The notes beneath the pieces were generated by a model. That model was not told the DNA's origin and did no database searches. It was given only the letters and a program-made list of their open reading frames with translations. Both the position numbers and the translations under genes were made by a program. 45,480 nt of DNA from positions 13,092,027 through 13,137,506 of the forward strand of contig NC_068985.1 in assembly GCF_001194135.2 (NCBI RefSeq), in the 5' to 3' direction. Source of the DNA: Octopus bimaculoides (lineage: Eukaryota). Of the stretch, positions 1 to 11,210 are shown in pieces (position 1 is the first letter of the stretch; every line of letters starts with the position of its first letter).

Positions 1-380
1 GAATCTGAAGACGAAAACAATACCTATTGTCATAGGTGCCCTGGGAATGACAGCGAAACGGGCTGATTACTACCTAGATCAGATTCCAGGAAACCCCAAA
101 ATGGCTGAAGTTCAAAAAATAGTGCTCATGGGAACTGCCCATATCCTACGTAAAATACTGTCTATGTGATCTCAAATTTTAAAGCAAATACATAATTTTC
201 TTATGGTTTCTTAAACATTCACTTGAACAAAACTGTACAAATACAAATATATGGTACCCTAGGCATAACACCTACATGAACTTCTAACTTGTTGTCTCTT
301 GAGGTCTCTGGGTGAGACTTGGATCCAACTTGTACAAATGCAAAACAAAAGTCAAACATAAAATAATAATAATAATAATA
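1..380 (+). mobile_element. R4/Dong-clade non-LTR retrotransposon 3' end (restriction-like endonuclease C-terminus, 3'UTR, (AAT)n tail), cut by window start
   Basis: Open frame 2-169 reads NLKTKTIPIVIGALGMTAKRADYYLDQIPGNPKMAEVQKIVLMGTAHILRKILSM*, matching the PIVIGALG...GTA.ILR motif of R4/Dong/Rex6 RLE domains. It is followed by about 190 nt of UTR and (AAT)n at about 362-380. Confidence 0.85.
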
Positions 381-663
381 GGCTTACCATTCATGTAGTA
401 AGTGCAAATTATTGTCTTAGCTGATAAGTCACATGTATTGAGAAGCGAGTTGTCGCTGTGAATTTTCTTTCCTTTTCCACTATATTTTATTTGTTTACTT
501 TTCTATTTTTTTATTTTTTCCTTTTTTTTCTCTGTCACATGACTCTCTAAATGAACAATCTGGTGCGTTTGTTTTAATGGTCTACCAATGTATACAGTAC
601 GTTACTCTGCCCTAGGTTTCTGGAAGTCACTCGCCAAGAAATGGAAACAGAATAAAAAGATGC

Positions 664-720
<57 letters not shown>
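664..720. repeat. (TAA)19 microsatellite
   Basis: Direct read. Confidence 0.98.
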
Positions 721-722
<2 letters not shown>

Positions 723-905
723 GCCCGGATGCAGTACCAGGCAGTGTCTCTCATGGCTTCTGATCTTAATTCATTGGAAGTGTTATCATGTACATTGTTT
801 TGTTTTGGTATAAAATATGGGCTACGGCAAATATTCTCCTTAATACCACAGATTTGCTTGTCAGTTGTTTGACCTTAACCAGTTGAGCATGTCCTTTGGT
901 GGCTG
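721..905. mobile_element. Unclassified interspersed-repeat fragment abutting the (TAA)n tract
   Basis: Starts exactly at the end of the TAA tract and stops where Gypsy homology begins. It resembles a high-copy octopus repeat as I recall it, but there is no second copy in the window. Confidence 0.3.
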
Positions 906-929
906 ACGATATGTGCATCTCTGATCATG

Positions 930-2023
930 AGCAGAGGTAGTGGGAGAACATCATAAAATTGAAGGAAACCTTCAAAAATAAACAGACGATAAACACGAAT
1001 GCGAACCATTTTCACTCTGCAACGATGTATTAATGTACGCACAAAGAGTAGTAGTACAAACTGCACTACAGAAACGGATATTATATGAAGTACGTAGTGG
1101 ACATCCGGAGATATGAAGAATGAAAGCTTTGAAGAGGAGTTACGTGTATTGGCCAACAATGGACTAGACATTGAAAATTTGGTAAAATCATGTTGATGTT
1201 GTGCGCTAACAGCTAAAGCACCGGTGAAATGCCAATCGTATTCTGAGACGGATAGTCCGTGGTCTAAAGTACATATAGACTACGCTAGTCCAATGATTGA
1301 CACTTACTACTTGATCATTGTTGATAGCTTTACCAAGTAACACGAAGTATGTAGGTGCAGCTAACCTGCCTCGAAAATAACAATAAAGTTCGTGCACATA
1401 CCCCTTGCTGGATACGGTGTTTCGAACACAGTAGTATCGTTAAATGGAATACAATTTATAAGATATGAGTTCAAGAATTTCTGCAAAATGCATGCAACCC
1501 AAGAGCATGTTTACGCCGCCCTACAACCTGAGGTCAAATGGGAAAGCATAACGATTCGTAGATACTTTCAAGCGAGCAGTAAATAAAGCAAGGAACGAGT
1601 TAGGAAATGACGAAGTGCTAAATTCTTAAGGGTGTACAGAATAACGCCCAATCCGAATACCAGTTCAGGCAAGTCGCCTGCAGAGCTAATGATCGTTCGA
1701 AAGATCAGAAACAAAGTCCATTTCAACGTATGCAAGAATGGTAAAAAGAGTTGGCAGGACGATGTAGTGACTAAAAGAATTGGAAACATGACGTATTTAA
1801 TAAAAGGCCAACGATAGAAGCATAAACGACACCTAAATCAATTAAAAATCAGACATACAGGGACAGGAAGGGGATTCCAATGGAAGCGTTTTACGACATG
1901 TTCAATGTGCTAGCACTAAAATAGATTTAGCCTAGAAGGGGCAGTAAGAGAATACGTAAACAGACCTGAACATTCAGAAATAATTCCTTAGCCGAAAGGG
2001 TACTGAACTCCCTAGGGAGGCAA
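930..2023 (+). mobile_element. Degenerate Ty3/Gypsy pol 3' part (integrase), with multiple stops and frameshifts
   Basis: Fragments read GHPEI*RMKALKRSYVYWPTMD (zinc-finger region), PWSKVHIDYASP, LIIVDSFTK*, YGVSNTVVSLNGIQF and FLRVYRITPNPNTSSGKSPAELM, in the order expected for rve integrase. Confidence 0.9.
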
Positions 2024-2197
2024 AATTTCAAAAACAGAGAAGTGTTCGAGAGAAAGAAAATAATAATAATAATAAAATAAATAATTTCAAAAACAGAGAA
2101 GTGTTCGAGAGAAAGAAAAAAATAATAATAATAAAATAAATAATTTCAAAAACAGAGAAGTGTTCGAGAGAAAGAAAAAAAAAATAATAAAATAAAT
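2024..2197 (+). repeat. Three tandem copies of a 59-bp unit spanning the PPT/LTR junction
   Basis: AATTTCAAAAACAGAGAAGTGTTCGAGAGAAAG begins at 2024, 2083 and 2142. Confidence 0.95.
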
Positions 2198-2503
2198 ATC
2201 GTTTTCTACGGAAGCTGAAATCTAAAAAGGAGAGCTATTGCGGCGAGAGTCACGACATCTCCTGCGAGAATAGACATGACCAACGACTATGAATAGCAGT
2301 GGTCTGAGTGAGAGACAGGGAGAGTAGGCGTTAATCACAGCAAGTCGTATGGTGTCATTTTGGTAGTTTGCTAGAATATCGTTTGTTGGTTCGTGTATAG
2401 TTCGTGAAGAGTTTGTTGGACACTTATGTTGTTGTTATCCAGCTTCGTTATATATCTTAATGTTACTATACGGTTATAGTGTAAAAAACATATCGCCATA
2501 ACA
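2161..2503 (+). mobile_element. Probable 3' LTR of the Gypsy remnant
   Basis: Purine tract AAAAACAGAGAAG immediately precedes TGTT, and the segment ends in TAACA at 2503 (TGTT...AACA termini). There is no second LTR to confirm it. Confidence 0.5.
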
Positions 2504-2512
2504 ATTACCGAT

Positions 2513-2537
2513 ACAACAACAACAACAACAAATAATG

Positions 2538-2589
<52 letters not shown>

Positions 2590-2595
2590 TAATAA
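2513..2595. repeat. Compound (CAA)n-(TAA)n microsatellite
   Basis: Direct read. Confidence 0.95.
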
Positions 2596-2986
2596 TGCTT
2601 TCTAATTGATGTATCAATACCAGCAGATGACAACGTTTCTCTAAAAGAAATGGAAAAACTTTCAAAATACAAAGACCTGGAAATAGAGATAACTCGAATG
2701 TGGAATCTAAAAACAGAAACAATTCCTATCATAGTAGGTGCCTTAGGTATAATAAAAAATATTCAGACAAATACATAACAAAACCACCAGGACTTACAAA
2801 TATATATAACATACAGAAAATTGCACTACTGGGTACTGCACACATTCTACGCAAAACACTTTCAATACAGTAAACATAAGAGCACCACAGCAAACCACAG
2901 CACATATCCAAGGCGCACAGAGCTGCGCTCGGTAGTGAAGTGAAAGCACGTTATAAAAATAAAACTACTGAACAATAATAATAATA
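2596..2986 (+). mobile_element. 5'-truncated R4/Dong-clade element, second subfamily
   Basis: Reads [53 protein letters not shown], then one frameshift in an A-run, then [37 protein letters not shown] (stop 2871-2873). A short UTR and (AAT)n tail follow. Confidence 0.9.
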
Positions 2987-3092
2987 GATAGATATAGCAT
3001 GACCAGATGACAACAAGGTATGCGATAAGGAAGAAAGTCGATAGATATAACAGTTTAGCTTGGGAGTTAAGCAGTTGTGATCAATGAAAAAG

Positions 3093-3149
<57 letters not shown>

Positions 3150-3250
3150 CCAATAATTGTCGTAGCCCTGGGAACAGTGAGCAAAATTCTTGCGAAGTAC
3201 AGGAGCAAATAGCGGCTGCAATAAAGGTGGAGCACTTACAGAAAACACTG
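2987..3250 (+). mobile_element. Truncated R4/Dong-clade RLE fragment, third subfamily, with internal (GTA)19
   Basis: Reads IDIA*PDDNKVCDKEE/KVDRYNSLAWE/KQL*SMKK(V)19PIIVVALGTVSKILAKY/EQIAAAIKVEHLQKT; the 3' end is cut off by a SINE. Confidence 0.8.
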
Positions 3251-3565
3251 GTCATGACTGACCATGGGATTTCACCTAGAAAGTTGCCCTCCCAGGCACA
3301 AGTCCGGGCACGGTTGTTTATGGAAGGCCAGCCGTTGCTCATGCATAGAGACCTCCCCTCTCTACGCCACCAGTGTTTTCAATGGGAAACGCAAAGGGGC
3401 CGATACAGCTTGGCATCTATGACCTCGCAACTCATTTCTACAGTTAAGTAAACCGGAGCAACATGAAATAAAGTGTCTTGCTCAAGAACACAACACGCAG
3501 CCCGGTCCGGGATCCGAACTCGATCGTAAGCGCGACACTCTAACCACGGAGCCATGAGCCTTCAC
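3251..3565 (-). mobile_element. tRNA-derived SINE, family C (single copy here)
   Basis: Minus strand begins GTGAAGGCTCATGGCTCCGTGGTTAGAGTG (A-box-like) and has GAGTTCGGATCCC (B-box-like), then GTGTTCTTGAGCAAGACACTT, resembling conserved SINE core domains. The head abuts (CA)n. Confidence 0.75.
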
Positions 3566-3566
3566 A

Positions 3567-3632
<66 letters not shown>
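3565..3632. repeat. Imperfect (CA)n microsatellite
   Basis: Direct read. Confidence 0.95.
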
Positions 3633-3833
3633 TCGTTAGATGAGTAATATGTTGTTTTGTGTGTAGCAACAACACCGTCCGAATTGTGGGAACATAATGC
3701 TTTTGTGAATCATAACTAAGATTCGTTGATTTTTAATAATCATTGAAGGCTGAAGTGACTATCTAGATTTTAGTGCCGCCGTATTTGATATATTACGGGT
3801 ATGCATCAGCTAATAGAAATCCTCACTGAATGC

Positions 3834-4044
3834 GGCGAGCTGGCAGAAGTGTCAGCACGCCGGGTGATATGCTTAGCAGTATTTCATCTATCTTTACGTT
3901 CTGAGTTCAAATCCGCCGAGATCGACTTTGCTTTTCATCCTTTTGGATTCGATAAATTAAGCACCAGTTGCGTACAGGGTTCGATCAAATCGACTGGCCA
4001 CATCTGCAAAAATTTCGGGCCTTGTGCCTAGAATAGAAAAGAAT
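3834..4044 (+). mobile_element. tRNA-derived SINE, family B
   Basis: GGCGAGCTGGCAGAA head, GAGTTCAAATCC B-box and TTTCATCCTTT...GATAAATTAAG core, shared with at least 8 other copies in the window. Confidence 0.9.
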
Positions 4045-4179
4045 AGCAATCCTCACTGGTGATGTGGTTTGGTATTCGAAGTATAAGCGCGATATGTGTA
4101 AAAGCGAACTGTTTTTGATGTCGAGGTAAAAAAAAATGTTTGTTTCATATTTATATTTTCTGTTTGTGTATCGCTTAAG

Positions 4180-4251
4180 CAAGCAAGGTTGCTTGAGCTC
4201 ATAAAAGACATTTCAACTATATTGTTCCAAGAACAGGTGCAATTTGTGAGG
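4180..4251 (+). CDS. Candidate internal coding exon (72 nt, phase 0-0): QARLLELIKDISTILFQEQVQFVR, product unknown
   Basis: Pyrimidine-rich tract with TTAAG acceptor, consensus donor AGG|GTGAGT, open frame and length divisible by 3. No homology recognised. Confidence 0.4.
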
Positions 4252-5354
4252 GTGAGTTTTCTAGGCTGTATTTGAATGACGCTTTCCTCAGGGAGGAATA
4301 ACAGCTGGAACCATCTGTGTTTGAGTAATTAACGTTGGAGATAACAGTTAATGACATGTAACAAAAAGTGTGTGAATCAATAACGAGTCCATGGAATAAT
4401 GACCAGAGATAAAGAGAGAAAAGGAAGAGGAGGGAGAGAAGAGAGAAAGAGAGGAAGCTTCATCTGCATATGCCAAAATGGTGGAAATGGCAGAGAGTTA
4501 CCATTCCCAGAGACAAAAAATGGCTGTTAGTCTACTAAAATCTTTCATCGTACTCTTTGCAAATATAAATGCCATTTCTTGACACATTTTGATCCAATTC
4601 TGATGTACTTTGGCAAAATATTGAATAAGGAAATATTTACTAAATGTGCGATAATCTAATTTTATCCACAAAGGCAGATTGAATTATATATTAGGAAAGT
4701 AGTACTGAGAGGTTATACTATGCTGATAAGTTCAAAATATGCTTGAAATATGTCCTGAGTTTTTTATCTGCGGATTCCCGGATGGATACAAAATGTATTC
4801 GTCATCGAATTATATATTGTTTTATTTGAGCATATTATTTCGGGTTAAAATTTTCGATGTTGCATATATTTACATTGATTTCTCAGTAGGTAATCCAACA
4901 ACTTTATTCGTCTCCAATTGAAGAATTTAAGCAAATTTTCATGGTTTGTAGTTTTGTGAGACTGATAATTTCTTGTTTTCATACCATCAGTATTGATTTT
5001 CGAATTTTGGTATACCTCATTATGTTTGCAGTGATACTTAAATTGCAATTGTGTATCAAATTGAAAAATAATTCATGAAAATTTATAAACACGTACTTTT
5101 TTATGTTGAGCATAACCATTGGTTCATGACAAATAACTGAGACTAATCAACAATCATCTCCATTTACTATCGAAGAAATAGAGATTTCAGCTCTACTTGT
5201 CCCATATGCCTAAAGCCTTCCTTCTTGGCTCGTTCTACACTTAATAGCTGTGCTTGATGTTTATCACAAAAATGAAGCAGCCATATTCATTAATAGAAAA
5301 CTGCTTTTAAAATGTGAACTCTAAGCAGCTTTAGCTATCTCTAACAATATGGTA

Positions 5355-5568
5355 AAGGCGGTAAGCTGAGAAAATGTTTAAACATTCGGACAACGTGCTT
5401 ATCGGCGTTTCCTCCGACATAGTTTACTCTGGGCGTAAATTCGGCTGCGATCTTACCTTTCATCCGTTTGGTGTCGATAAAGTAAGTACCAGTCACGTTC
5501 GGGGTCGATGCTATCGAATTTCATCTTCCCTTAAAACTGCTGGGATTCACCGAAACTTTGATATCATT
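5355..5568 (+). mobile_element. SINE family B, diverged copy
   Basis: CTTTCATCCGTTTGGTGTCGATAAAGTAAGTACCAG...GGGGTCGATG core is alignable to the other copies. Confidence 0.8.
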
Positions 5569-5981
5569 TAATGAATATGGTGTTTAGAACGACTTTGAAA
5601 GGAGACGGATGAACGGAAAATTGCAAATGTTATGAGACAGACCATTCCTACTGAGAATTAGAAAGAGGTAGTTTTTAAGATTACAGGTAACAGCAGAAAG
5701 ACAGTTCAATAACGGATTCCGAGAGAAGCAATATATATCGATCTTCGCAATGATATGGTGCCTGATTTTAGTAAACGTTTCCATTACTGAATCACAGATG
5801 TTATTGGTTCCACAACTAACCACAATAGATGTGAAATACGAAATATTTGTACCATAAGATATAATGGTTATGAAATATTCCTATGCAATTTTGTTTTTAT
5901 ACCTTTTCACTTTTAGTAAAACTTTCTGTTTACGACCGTTTGCCAACGATTTGATTTTGTAAATTCGCCAAGAATAATTTG

Positions 5982-5984
<3 letters not shown>

Positions 5985-6048
<64 letters not shown>
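5985..6048. repeat. (CA)n running into an assembly gap
   Basis: Direct read; N run 6049-6398. Confidence 0.98.
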
Positions 6049-6757
6049 NNNNNNNNNNNNNNNNNNNNNNNNNNNNNNNNNNNNNNNNNNNNNNNNNNNN
6101 NNNNNNNNNNNNNNNNNNNNNNNNNNNNNNNNNNNNNNNNNNNNNNNNNNNNNNNNNNNNNNNNNNNNNNNNNNNNNNNNNNNNNNNNNNNNNNNNNNNN
6201 NNNNNNNNNNNNNNNNNNNNNNNNNNNNNNNNNNNNNNNNNNNNNNNNNNNNNNNNNNNNNNNNNNNNNNNNNNNNNNNNNNNNNNNNNNNNNNNNNNNN
6301 NNNNNNNNNNNNNNNNNNNNNNNNNNNNNNNNNNNNNNNNNNNNNNNNNNNNNNNNNNNNNNNNNNNNNNNNNNNNNNNNNNNNNNNNNNNNNNNNNNTA
6401 TATATATATATGCTACAGTCTGTCATACCGGCCATGATGAAATACCACAAGGTATAGAAAATACGTATTCGCCTTTATATATTTAATCCTTTATATTGAA
6501 CACTCAATATTTCATATATTCAATAAGACATATTCCATATATTCAATAAGACATTCAATACTTCATTTCATTATACCATCCATTTTTATATTATATATTA
6601 TATATTCCTACAAGAATATAAATAAAACATAAAAAACAGACTGTTGGAATTCTTTTAAATAAAATAATATATTCCTCTATACACGATCATACAAAACCCC
6701 TTTTTTGTATTTATTTTTACTCACATATATATATATATAATTCAAAAATACGTATAG

Positions 6758-7015
6758 GAAATAAACAAACGAACATATACTAAATACACAGGCGAACAGA
6801 AAATACAGAAGGTCACCAATTCCTCTCCTCATCAGTTATCGGTCAGAGAGTCAAACGCAATTTCGGCCATTATCGACAATATTGCATCTTCTCTGGAGGT
6901 ACTGGCAAGAAACTTGCCGGGAATGGGACCCAAGCATGACAAAACGAGACAGACGCGTGACGTGACCATTAATGGACGGACGAGGGCCAAAAATATAAAC
7001 AGAATAAAGGCTTAG
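6758..7015 (+). CDS. Candidate coding exon: 85-codon stop-free frame EINKRTYTKYTGEQKIQKVTNSSPHQLSVRESNAISAIIDNIASSLEVLARNLPGMGPKHDKTRQTRDVTINGRTRAKNINRIKA*; minimal version 6836-6898
   Basis: GC-richer island in AT-rich flanks. Acceptors at TATAG|6758 and TCCTCTCCTCATCAG|6836, donor GAG|GTACTG after 6898, or stop at 7013-7015. Absent from the ORF track because there is no early start codon. Confidence 0.45.
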   Translation, partial: EINKRTYTKYTGEQKIQKVTNSSPHQLSVRESNAISAIIDNIASSLEVLARNLPGMGPKHDKTRQTRDVTINGRTRAKNINRIKA

Positions 7016-7046
7016 GGTCAGACGAAGACAAAAATTAATAATAATA

Positions 7047-7147
<101 letters not shown>

Positions 7148-8519
7148 ACTGCATTTCTCTCTTTCCGCCATTGTATAAGAATAATTTCAGTGTACAATAA
7201 ATCATTTTGCTGGTTTGCACCAATATACATGCTATACATTGCACAGTACAATTGTACAATTACAAATCAATGCAGATATAGAAGTTTAACTCGTCAGATC
7301 GCCAGAACTTCATGACGACACCTGTACTTTAACTCTGTTGGCGCGCGCGTGTGTCTGTGTGTGTGTGCGCGCGAGCGCCTGCGTGTGTCTGCGTGTGTAC
7401 GCGCGTGTGTGTGCGTATATGTGTGTGTATTTTTGTGCTTACATTAATTTACGGCACAATGCTTTGAAATTTAGCACCACACACAGCCAGGACTCGAAAC
7501 CTTGGATGACTGTATTATACTTCTTTGAATTATTGCCCTTTTCATTATTACCCCAAAATAAATCTCACACATCTATAATACGACAATTACTTTGTAGAAT
7601 TTGCCCAATTACTTAAAAGAAGAAACATGGCAGATTGTATAATTTTTATACTGAAAAATTATTCAAAGATATTTAATTTTGAAATACGCTTGAAACTCAA
7701 ACGAGATGAAACGAATCTAATCTATTCCCATTAAAGGTTGACCGAATTAACAATAAACGCACGCTCTGTGTCATTTCCCTCAACATAATGCGTAACTGTG
7801 CGTGATGTTGTCATTTTCGCGTAATTTCACGTAGAGGTTTTCTTCCATTTATTGGACAGAGCATGCAATCGGACAAAAGCATTGACGGCAAATAAACTGG
7901 GATGAACAGTTAGATACAACAACCCAATGTTTTAAAACCAGGCAATGCGTGGTTGTATGGTAAGAAGTTTGTTTTCAAAGCATATTGTTTCCGAGNNNNN
8001 NNNNNNNNNNNNNNNNNNNNNNNNNNNNNNNNNNNNNNNNNNNNNNNNNNNNNNNNNNNNNNNNNNNNNNNNNNNNNNNNNNNNNNNNNNNNNNNNNNNN
8101 NNNNNNNNNNNNNNNNNNNNNNNNNNNNNNNNNNNNNNNNNNNNNNNNNNNNNNNNNNNNNNNNNNNNNNNNNNNNNNNNNNNNNNNNNNNNNNNNNNNN
8201 NNNNNNNNNNNNNNNNNNNNNNNNNNNNNNNNNNNNNNNNNNNNNNNNNNNNNNNNNNNNNNNNNNNNNNNNNNNNNNNNNNNNNNNNNNNNNNNNNNNN
8301 NNNNNNNNNNNNNNNNNNNNNNNNNNNNNNNNNNNNNNNNNNNNNNNNNNNNNNNNNNNNNNNNNNNNNNNNNNNNNNNNNNNNNNNNNNNNNNNNNNNN
8401 NNNNNNNNNNNNNNNNNNNNNNNNNNNNNNNNNNNNNNNNNNNNNNNNNNNNNNNNNNNNNNNNNNNNNNNNNTAAAACGTGTGTGCGTGTGTGTGTGTG
8501 TGTGTGTGTGAGTGTAAAT

Positions 8520-8705
8520 CTGTGTGTTTGTAGGTGTCTTTGTATCAGTGTTCGTCCACATCCACCCTTGACACCTGGTAGTGGTGTATCTGCCACAATG
8601 TGGCTTTGCGGTTTAGTAAAAGAGACCGGTGGGATAAGTGCTGGAATATCTTCAAGGTATTGCTCCATCATGGCCGCAGTCTAATGAGTAAAGCAAGTAA
8701 ATGAT
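8520..8705 (+). mobile_element. SINE family A, degenerate 3' half
   Basis: AAAAGAGACCG...TGCTCCATCATGGCCGCAGTCTAATGA...GCAAGTAAA matches the 3' module of the full copies. Confidence 0.75.
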
Positions 8706-9068
8706 GAAAGATTAAAGTTATATCCTCTTTAAAAAGAAAATGAAACGGGAAACAATGCCTGAAGACCTAAACGGATGCTATCCAGAATGACTGTTACCAT
8801 ATACTTACACGATCTACCGACTTGGTCGTACATAAACACCAACAACAACAGAAGTAGGAGTAGCAGATAATTGGGTTAATGAAGAACTATACTATGTTGT
8901 CTTCATATTGCAGAAATATGAAAATGTAAATTGTAAGTTGTTTAATATGGTGTTCTTACTGACTTTAAACTCTTCTTATCAAGCGTTATGTATAGAAATC
9001 TATTTACCTTTCATCTGTCTCCTAAAAAAATTATGACTATTTCTTTTGTTTAATAATCGTCCTTACCT

Positions 9069-9670
9069 AAGGCACAGAGCTGGCAGAATCGTTAGCACAC
9101 CGGACGAAATGCTTAGCGGTATTTCGTCTGCCACTGCGTTCTGAGTTCAAATTCCGCCGAGGTTGACTTTGCCTTTCATCCTTTCAGGGTCGATAAATTA
9201 AGTACCAGTTACGCACTGGGGTCGATATAATCGACTTAATCCGTTTGTCTGTCCTTGTTTGTCCCCTCTGTGTGTAGCCCCTTGTGGGCAGTAAAGACAT
9301 AGGTATTTCGTCTGCCGTTATGTTCTGAGTTCAAATTCCGCCGAGGTCGACTTGGTCTTTCATCCTTTCGGTGTCGATTAAATAAGCACCAGTTACGCAC
9401 TGGAGTCATGTAATCGACTCAATCCCTTTGTCTGTCCCTTTGTCTGTCCTTGTTTGTCCCCTCTATGGGCAATAAAGAAATAGGATTCGTTAGCATGTCA
9501 GTCAAAATTCATAGCGGCATTTCGTCCGTTCTGTGTTCAAACTTTGCCGAGGTCGATTTTTCCATCTCGGTGAAGATAAAATAAGTACCAGTCGATCATT
9601 GGGATCGATCTAATCGACTAATCCCCACCCCCGAAATTGCTGGCCTTGTTCCTAAATTTGAAACGGATAT
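9069..9670 (+). mobile_element. Head-to-tail trimer of SINE family B (9069-9302, 9303-9484, 9484-9670)
   Basis: Three successive B-box/core modules; copies 2 and 3 are 5'-truncated and fused directly to the preceding tail. Confidence 0.9.
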
Positions 9671-11055
9671 GAATCCTAGCGAAAGTACACATCTTTTGTT
9701 AAGCAATTAGTTCCGTGTTAAAATTTTGTATTTTTTTATCCCAATTTATAATATTTACGTTTCTTCTATCTTTGAGACTTTCTGTTAGCATGCTAATTAA
9801 CACATGATTTTTTTTTTTTAATTATCAATAAAAAATTTAGTAGTAAATGTAGATCAGACCGTTTTACATCTTACATATTTAGGTGTGATAACGCAGACAG
9901 AGAAGAATACACTATTCTAAGATTTAATCTACAAAGCAATATCACAGATTGTTAGCAAACTTTGCGTTAACAACATAATTGCTTAGATATAAATTCTTGT
10001 TTTCTAGAATGTTTTCACTATGTTTGCACATAATTCCGTTTTCCGCTCACGCATATGGCGCCTGTGTGTGTATGTGCGCGCGTCATTATGGGTGACTGTA
10101 ATGGTTGAATGTATGATCGGCTATCTGCCTAACCAAATCCGAATCTAGTAAATTACCTATCAATACAGCATTCTTTATAACCATATATTGTATTGCTAAA
10201 TAATAAATGCTTACATTCGTATAACTTTATATTTATCCGATAATTTTTCTATCTATTATCTATCTCAGTCCCAAACTAACCCACTGTTTATCTATATTAC
10301 TATCTGACTGTATCTCTATCAATCTACAATACGTATCAATTTATCTGTGATTATATACAATATAAAAAACCTGTTTAATTTATTGTTCTCATCATTATTC
10401 TGTTAGCGTTGTTTTGTGGGGTTTGTTTGTTTTGTTCCGGGTAATTCCATCGTTTTTCGATATTTTTTTAATGTTTTCCTTTCCTTCTGTGAATATTTAT
10501 TTCCCCCACCACCACCACCACCACCACCTCCGTTCTTTTTGTTTCTTTTTCATTTATTTTCTGAATAATTTTTTTGTTCTTTTTATTCTCCAAACAAACT
10601 ATTTATGCCAATCATTTGTATTACATACGACATTTCTTTGTTCATAAATAAACGACACAGCATCAGTCAATATTGTTTTTATCTAACTAGATGTGTCTGC
10701 TCTGTGTCGTCCAATTCCACTAGCCAGTAAAATCCCTGTAAGCTAGAACAAACTATAAATGTTTAGCCACAATTCCATACGACATTACTAACCAAACCTA
10801 TTAGATTCGTATTTAATATACTTAAATACCGCTCACTTAGTTTTGATATATATCTACTGAAAGGTTTGGCGAAAAACGTCTTTGAAATGTGGCATTAGCA
10901 ACTATCAGAAGAACAAAGGATCAAAACTTATGTTGCATTATCATTTCTCTTTCTTTTTTTCTTTTTTTTTATGAATGAGTCAAATACATCTTTCATAGTT
11001 TACTTTCTACTTGCATCAGTTATTAGACTGTGGTCGAACGAACCAAACACGAGTG

Positions 11056-11091
<36 letters not shown>

Positions 11092-11094
<3 letters not shown>

Positions 11095-11210
11095 CCTGGT
11101 ACGTATTCTAGCGTCTCTTTGCCCGAACTGCTAAGTTATGCGGACGTACACACAACAACAGCGGTTGTTAAGTGGTGCTGGTAGACAAACACAGAACACA
11201 AAGGCACACA
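11092..11210 (-). mobile_element. SINE family A internal fragment
   Basis: Reverse complement matches the TGTTTGTC...ACAACCG...GTAACTTAGCAGTTCGGCAAAGAGAC part of family A. Confidence 0.7.

Noticed and set aside
3241-3380. 12-bp inverted repeat GAAAACACTGGT/ACCAGTGTTTTC
   Set aside because: It is short, lies at or within a SINE, and has no TSD or other support.
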